A stretch of DNA of 64,000 bases, from the NCBI GenBank assembly GCA_965223905.1, contig CBDCXV010000010.1, forward strand, positions 480,001-544,000, in the 5' to 3' direction. The notes under the pieces are model-generated. The model saw only the letters and a program-made list of their open reading frames with translations. It made no database searches and was not told the DNA's origin. Positions 58,700-64,000 of the stretch are shown here, one piece after another (the stretch's first letter is position 1; each line of letters begins with the position of its first letter). The DNA is from Candidatus Latescibacterota bacterium (GTDB lineage: Bacteria; Latescibacterota; UBA2968; UBA8231). Both the position numbers and the translations under genes were made by a program.

Positions 58700-59935
58700 T
58701 CAACGACCGCCGAGATCCCAGGGAATGGCCCAGTCCTGCTCGGATACCTGCAATACTTCCCTTGTCGGCGCGATGACGAGGCCGGGTTCGATGCGCAGTC
58801 GAGGGTAGGTTTTCCGGAAGGCGGTGATTCCCGTCGTGTCGCGGCGGGAAGGGACGCTTCCGAGCTTGATTTCGATGGGGTAGAATCTGCCGTCCCGTTC
58901 GAGAAGGAGGTCGACTTCCGCTCCCCCGCTTGTCCGCCAGTGGTACATCTGCGGAGGAGTGGGCATGGCCCCCGCCTGTTTGCGGATTTCAGCGACTACT
59001 GCGGTCTCGAAAAGGGCGCCCAGCATGGGGTGCCCTCCCAGTGCCTCCGGAGAGGACAACAGTTGGGCATGGCACGTCATACCGGTATCTGCGAGATAGC
59101 CCTTGGGTTTGCCGCTTACGCGCTTGACGGCGTTTCCCGAGTAGGCGGGCACCTCGAACCATTGGTAGGTTGCCTTCAACAGCCCCAGCCAGCGATCCGC
59201 GGTCTGCGGGGTCACTCCCAGTTCCCGGCCCAATTGCCTGCGGTTGATTTCCTGTGCCGAAAGGGCAGCGCAAAGACGGATGAATCGTCCGAAGAGCTGC
59301 CAGTCAGCTACGTCTGCGAGCAGACGCACGTCCCGCTCGATATAGGTGCGCTGATAGGCTGCATGGAAATCGGGAACGAACGCGGCTTCGATCAGCGTGG
59401 CATCCGGCAGGCCGCCTCGCCACAGAGACTCGTAGAGCGTTCGCGTATGCTGTAGCCGCGACGGCGGGGAAGCCAGGAACTTTGCCGGGTCGGCTATCCA
59501 ACTGGACAGCCAGGAACCCTCGGATCCCGCGGCTTCTGCCAGGCTGAATCCCTCCAGGTCGAGGAAGGCAGCCCTCCCGGCAAGACTTTCCGAGACGGAG
59601 GTCAGCACACTCCACTGTTGGGACCCGCTGAGAATGTATTGTCCGGGGGACCGATCCTTGTCGACCTCGCGTTTGAGGCTAGCGATCAACTCCGGCGCGT
59701 ACTGGACCTCGTCGAGGACCAAGGGGGGTCGGTTGTTGGCCAGAAACAGTTCCGGATCCTGGCGTGCATTCCCCACGTCGACAACCGGATCGAAAACGAC
59801 GATGTCCGCCTTGTCACCGTAGAGATGCTGCAACAAGGTGCTCTTGCCAACTTGTCGGGCACCTGAAAGAACGACGACCGGAAACGCGGTCGCGAGCTCC
59901 CGAAGTCTTCGCGTCAACAGTCTTTGTCGGTACAT
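58700..59935 (-). CDS. ATP-binding protein (AAA_14 + DUF4143)
   Basis: GARQVGKST, LDEVQ, ESLAGR, TYIERD, PKGYLADTG and EVDLLLE...IEIK. Confidence 0.92.
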   Translation of the reverse strand: MYRQRLLTRRLRELATAFPVVVLSGARQVGKSTLLQHLYGDKADIVVFDPVVDVGNARQDPELFLANNRPPLVLDEVQYAPELIASLKREVDKDRSPGQYILSGSQQWSVLTSVSESLAGRAAFLDLEGFSLAEAAGSEGSWLSSWIADPAKFLASPPSRLQHTRTLYESLWRGGLPDATLIEAAFVPDFHAAYQRTYIERDVRLLADVADWQLFGRFIRLCAALSAQEINRRQLGRELGVTPQTADRWLGLLKATYQWFEVPAYSGNAVKRVSGKPKGYLADTGMTCHAQLLSSPEALGGHPMLGALFETAVVAEIRKQAGAMPTPPQMYHWRTSGGAEVDLLLERDGRFYPIEIKLGSVPSRRDTTGITAFRKTYPRLRIEPGLVIAPTREVLQVSEQDWAIPWDLGGR

Positions 59936-59939
59936 AATA

Positions 59940-59974
59940 CTTGCAAAATGATGATATCATCATCAATCTGCAAG
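59940..59974. promoter_or_regulatory. Palindromic operator-like site upstream of the AAA_14/DUF4143 gene
   Basis: Perfect 16-bp palindrome atgatgatatcatcat (59948-59963) nested within cttgca...tgcaag. Confidence 0.55.
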
Positions 59975-60048
59975 AAGTTTTCCGCGCCCTGACTGGAAAA
60001 AGCCTCACGAACGCCTGGAATTCCCTGGCGCCGCCCCGGCAACCCCCC

Positions 60049-61536
60049 TCAATCCCCGCGGAACCGGAAGGCGTACAGCTTCACACCCCTCATGACGAAG
60101 CGCAGCCGCAGCGGCCGGCCCGCGAGGGCGCCGACGTCGCTGCTCCCCTTCCAGGTGACCGGCTTTGCCAATCCGTTGCCCACCAGTCCATCGGCGTCGG
60201 CGAGGGTGTGCCCCGGGACCGGGGTTCCCTCCGCGTCCTGCAGCTCGACCTGCAGCCAGCCGCCGGCGCTGCAGTCGCAGTTGAGCTCGAGACGGTCGCC
60301 TGCAAACACCAGGTCCGGCGTCGTCAGCTCCCCGCCGTCGTAGGCCGCGTCCGCGGAGACGAAGCCGTCGCGGCGGATGCTGGCCCGGTATATGCCGCCC
60401 ATCCGCGACTCCCGGCGCTCCGCCTCCGGGTCCGCCTGGGGGCCGTGCTTCCGCACCGTCCCCGAGTAGTAGAGCCACAGCTCCTCTCCCACCGGGATCA
60501 GCCAGGGATTGGCGAAGAGCATGCCGCTGCTGCCGCTGCCGTCGAGGCCGGGGCGCAGGAACGGCTCGCGGCCCCCGGCCCGCCGCCAGTCAATGCCGTC
60601 GCGGCTGGTCAGCAGCTGCACGTCCATGGTCGCCGGGTAATCCTCCTCCCCCCAGTGGTAGTACGCCGACGGGAACATCAGGTAGGCGTCCTGCGCCAGC
60701 TCGTACTTCATGGCGCACGAGGTGTAGAAATCGATGTTGGGCCGCGGGTCGTCGCGCTGGAAGGGCACCGGCATGGCGAGGTCCCGCGCGTCCGCCTCGA
60801 AGGCGATCTCCAGCGGCGACCAGTGCCTGAAGTCGGGCGAGGTGATGCGGCCGACGCTGCGGTAGCGGCCGAATCCGCCCCTGGCGGCCTCCTCGACGAG
60901 CTGCGTCTCCCTCACCCGGGTGTAGCCGACGTAGAGCCCGAGGCGGTCGTCCCGAAAGAACATGTTCTGGGTGTCGCACATCGTTTCGGGAGGGTTCGGC
61001 TGGCCGGGGTAGTACTGCCAGCGGATGCCGTCGGCGGAGTGCATCCCCCACAGGCCTTCGGCGGCCCCGGCGGCCAGCTCGGCGTCGCTGGGGCGGTACT
61101 TGCTCCACAGCTTGTAGCGCTCCTCGGCCGGGGCGCGTTCGTCCCGGAACACTGTCGCCCCCTGCATGCTCTGACTCTCCCCGTGCGGGACGACGAGGTT
61201 GTTGCTCCTGCTGCCCTGGAACTCGATCAGCCCCAGCTCCGGCTTGCGCCAGTGGATGCCGTCCTCCGACTCGGCGTACCCGAGGCGCCGCGCCCCTTCA
61301 GAGGGCAGGCCGGTCAGCATCATGGCGTCGTACCACATGCGCCAGCGGCCGTCCGCCTCGCGGAACACGGTGTTGTAGGCGCCGATGCCGAGCGCCTCCC
61401 ACGGCTTGTCCGCGACCAGCACCGGCTCCGGGTGCTGGACCGGCAGGTTCATGCGCAGCTCGATTCCCCTGGATGCGGCGATGAAGCGGTCGTCGATGAA
61501 AAGCTGCTTGCGGGTACCGACGTCGATCGGGGCCAT
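60049..61536 (-). CDS. Beta-propeller glycosidase-like protein (GH32/43/130 fold)
   Basis: KQLFIDD N-terminus; SEDGIHW, SADGIRW, SPDFRHW and SRDGIDW repeats; RRDGFVS and KLYAF C-terminus; ATG 61536. Confidence 0.75.
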   Translation of the reverse strand: MAPIDVGTRKQLFIDDRFIAASRGIELRMNLPVQHPEPVLVADKPWEALGIGAYNTVFREADGRWRMWYDAMMLTGLPSEGARRLGYAESEDGIHWRKPELGLIEFQGSRSNNLVVPHGESQSMQGATVFRDERAPAEERYKLWSKYRPSDAELAAGAAEGLWGMHSADGIRWQYYPGQPNPPETMCDTQNMFFRDDRLGLYVGYTRVRETQLVEEAARGGFGRYRSVGRITSPDFRHWSPLEIAFEADARDLAMPVPFQRDDPRPNIDFYTSCAMKYELAQDAYLMFPSAYYHWGEEDYPATMDVQLLTSRDGIDWRRAGGREPFLRPGLDGSGSSGMLFANPWLIPVGEELWLYYSGTVRKHGPQADPEAERRESRMGGIYRASIRRDGFVSADAAYDGGELTTPDLVFAGDRLELNCDCSAGGWLQVELQDAEGTPVPGHTLADADGLVGNGLAKPVTWKGSSDVGALAGRPLRLRFVMRGVKLYAFRFRGD

Positions 61537-61961
61537 GGTTTCGCTCCGGGATTCAGAAGGTGGGTTGCCGCGGCCCTGCGCGGGCATCGCAGTTGCCATG
61601 GCGGGTGGGTGCAATTTCAAGCGGCTCGCGCTGGTCGGGCCGAAACGAACTGGTGCCGCCACGACCCCTTGCCGGCTTTTTCTGCCCGGGTTCAAGGGAA
61701 TCCGGCGGCTGGCCGGTGGGTCGCCCTGCGGCCCGGCGCACCCCTTTGGGGCAACTCTCCCGGCCGGCCCCGTGCCCGGCCAAACTCCGGGAAGTCCTGC
61801 GGCTGCGGACCGGCTGAATCGCAGCCACCCTCGGGCATCCTCTCCCATCCAGGGCCCCATCGGTGCCGCCGCGGTGATAATGGCCAAATGCAGGCCGCGG
61901 CGCCAAGCCGGAGCGCCGGAATCATTGCGGAAACCACCCTGGTTTTCCAGGTTGGACCCCC

Positions 61962-63143
61962 ATGAATCCGTTACCGAAAACCGCGGGCGCGGTAGTCATC
62001 GGCGCCGGCATCAACGGCGCGGCCACCGCCTTCAACCTCGCCAGGCGCGGCGTCGAAAACGTCGTCCTGATCGAGAGGCAGCTGATCGCCTCGGGAGGAA
62101 CCGGGCGCTCCGCGGCCATCGTCCGGCAGCATTACTCGAACGAGGTGCTCGTGCGCATGGTGCGCCGCAGCGTCGACATCTTCTCCAACTTCGACGACGA
62201 GATCGGCGGCGACTGCGGGTTCGTCAACTGCGGCTGGTCGTTCCTGATCCCCGAGTACGTCTCCGGGGGTTTCGACCGCAACCTCGAGATGGGGCGGCGG
62301 CTCGGCGTCGACGTGCGCGAAATCACGCGCCAGGAGCTGCTCGAGATCGAGCCGCGCATCGAGATCGGCGACGTGCACCGCTTCGCTTACGAGCCCGGCT
62401 CGGGGTACGCCGACCCGCGCGCCACCACCCATGCGTACGCGCGCCGCTTCACCGATCTGGGCGGACACCTGGCGCCGCTCACCCCGGCGACAGGTCTTCT
62501 CCTGTCCGGGGATGCGGTCTCCGGGGTCGCCACCGCCGCGGGAAACATCTCCACCGGGATCGTCGTCAATGCCGCCGGCCCCTGGGCGGACCGGGTGGCC
62601 TCCTGGGCCGGCGTCGACCTGCCTCTTCAGGTCACCCGCGAGGAGGAGATCATCTACGACGCCGCGGCCGCGGGCGGGCCGCCGAGGCTCTGCTTCTCCG
62701 ACATGGCCGAGGCGATCTACTACCGGCCGCACGGGGAGCGCCGCATGCTGGTCGGTCGCGGCTTCCCCAAGGAGTACGAGCACGTCGAGCCGGACGGGTA
62801 CGACCAGGAGGTCGACGTCTCCTTCATCGCCGAGACCGAATCGCGGCTGCGGCGGCGCTGGCCCGGCTTCCGGTCGCTCCTCGCCGTCGACTCGTACACC
62901 GGCCTCTACGACGTCACCCCGGACTGGCACCCGGTGCTCGGCGCCGTCGACGGCCTCGAGGGGTTCTTCATGTGCGCCGGGTTCAGCGGCCACGGCTTCA
63001 AGATCGGCCCCGCGGTCGGCGAGGCGATGGCGGAGGAGGTGCTCGGGGTTTCGGACCGAACCATCGACATCGCCAGCCTCAACCTGCGCCGCTTCGTCCG
63101 CGGCGAGCTGATCGCCGCGGCGTACGGCACCAACCGCGCCTGA
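61962..63143 (+). CDS. FAD-dependent oxidoreductase (DAO / sarcosine oxidase beta-like)
   Basis: VIGAGING, GGTGRSAA, NAAGPW, GLYDVTPDWHPVLG and GFSGHGFK. Confidence 0.92.
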   Translation: MNPLPKTAGAVVIGAGINGAATAFNLARRGVENVVLIERQLIASGGTGRSAAIVRQHYSNEVLVRMVRRSVDIFSNFDDEIGGDCGFVNCGWSFLIPEYVSGGFDRNLEMGRRLGVDVREITRQELLEIEPRIEIGDVHRFAYEPGSGYADPRATTHAYARRFTDLGGHLAPLTPATGLLLSGDAVSGVATAAGNISTGIVVNAAGPWADRVASWAGVDLPLQVTREEEIIYDAAAAGGPPRLCFSDMAEAIYYRPHGERRMLVGRGFPKEYEHVEPDGYDQEVDVSFIAETESRLRRRWPGFRSLLAVDSYTGLYDVTPDWHPVLGAVDGLEGFFMCAGFSGHGFKIGPAVGEAMAEEVLGVSDRTIDIASLNLRRFVRGELIAAAYGTNRA

Positions 63144-63458
63144 CCTCATAACCTCATAGTCGATCCGGGTAGCGGCCGGCCGGACAGGGCAGGAAAGGCA
63201 GGGTCATTCGGCCTCCTTGACCCCCCTGCACTTGAAAGACTGCCCTCTTGGGCGGCGGGCCGAAAAAGGCATGGAAAAGCAGGGGCTGACGGCCTCTCTA
63301 CAACCCAGGCCCTTCCAAACCTCACACCACGGCGCCGCAAACCTTCCGACTGCTCCACGTCCTGGAAACCCCCGTTCAGGGCAAGCGCCAGTTCTTGACC
63401 GTCGCGGCGCCAACCCGCTTTATCATCGCCTCCCACACCACCAGTAGAGGCTTACCCG

Positions 63459-64000
63459 ATGAGCGCAAACGGACTGATCGACTACGGCATGTTCATCATG
63501 CCCTTTCACCCGCCCAGCAAACCTCTGTCGCAGTGTTTCGACGAGGACATCGAGCTGGTCGTCCGCGCCGAGGAGCTGGGTTTCAGCGAGTTCTGGATCG
63601 GCGAGCACCACACCATGAAGTACGAGTCGATCGTCGTTCCCGAGGTCTTCATCGGCCGCGTCCTCGGCGAGACCGAGCGCATCCGCCTGGGACCCGCCCC
63701 GGTCTGCCTCAACCAGCACCACCCGGCGTACGTGGCGACCCGGATCGCCTTCCTCGACCACCTGGCGCACGGCCGCCTCAACCTCTGCTTCGGCTCGGGA
63801 AGCGTCACCGCCGACCAGGAGCTCTACGGCCTCGACCCGAAGCAGGGGGGCGCCATGACCATGGAGGCGCTCGACGTCATCCTCGAACTCTGGGCCTCGG
63901 ATCCACCCTACGAGCACAACGGAGAGTTCTGGCAGTTCTCCCTCAAGAAGTTCGTCGACGAGGAGACGCAGATCGGCTTCATCCACAAGCCGCTGCAGCA
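63459..64000 (+). CDS. LLM-class flavin-dependent oxidoreductase (partial, runs off the window)
   Basis: MSANGLIDYGMFIMPFHPP...AEELGFSEFWIGEHH...TERIRLG...FLDHLAHGR. Confidence 0.88.
   Translation, partial: MSANGLIDYGMFIMPFHPPSKPLSQCFDEDIELVVRAEELGFSEFWIGEHHTMKYESIVVPEVFIGRVLGETERIRLGPAPVCLNQHHPAYVATRIAFLDHLAHGRLNLCFGSGSVTADQELYGLDPKQGGAMTMEALDVILELWASDPPYEHNGEFWQFSLKKFVDEETQIGFIHKPLQ

Noticed and set aside
61962-63143. Calling the DAO-family gene the N-methylglutamate dehydrogenase partner of the mgs-like operon
   Set aside because: It lies ~19 kb away, lacks the accompanying delta/alpha/gamma subunit genes, and the family is too broad to assign by eye.
11575-63151. Many long overlapping or antisense ORFs (e.g. 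11575-13695, 13657-15744, 37800-39767, 39596-41656, 52885-55587, 59941-61965)
   Set aside because: They are shadow frames of real GC-rich genes, mostly Arg/Pro/Gly/Ala-rich or exact antisense, with no recognisable motifs.

Overview
A GC-rich bacterial chromosome segment whose gene content suggests a marine or sponge-associated heterotroph (inference only): seven intact phytanoyl-CoA dioxygenase (PhyH)-family genes, many BNR/sialidase-like and other beta-propeller glycan enzymes, and a secreted WD40 protein with an NPFN-type C-terminal domain. From left to right: (1) the 3' part of a possible tRNA-like RNA followed by rtcB. (2) An AT-richer island (~2.6-9.0 kb) with a Mokosh type I-like anti-phage pair (pseudokinase-SF1 helicase plus a two-HKD PLD nuclease) and a truncated restriction-enzyme-like gene. 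(3) PhyH and amidohydrolase clusters. (4) A ~4 kb islet bounded by two copies of a PhyH gene 3' end. (5) Sugar catabolism genes (GH32, GH29, UxuA-like, Gfo/Idh/MocA) and pyrD. (6) An N-methylglutamate/glutamate-synthase-like operon with two unusual fusions. (7) A mosaic of IS110/IS91 and secreted-protein fragments in front of a 21-repeat WD40 gene whose variation is concentrated at the propeller top face, then a Gly/Ser-repeat lipoprotein. Three type II toxin-antitoxin pairs and two AAA ATPases are spread through the window. At least eight otherwise intact genes carry single-base frameshifts, mostly in short homopolymers, which are most simply explained as long-read assembly errors. No CRISPR array, rRNA or canonical tRNA was found. 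All family calls come from motif recognition by eye; no database searches were run.
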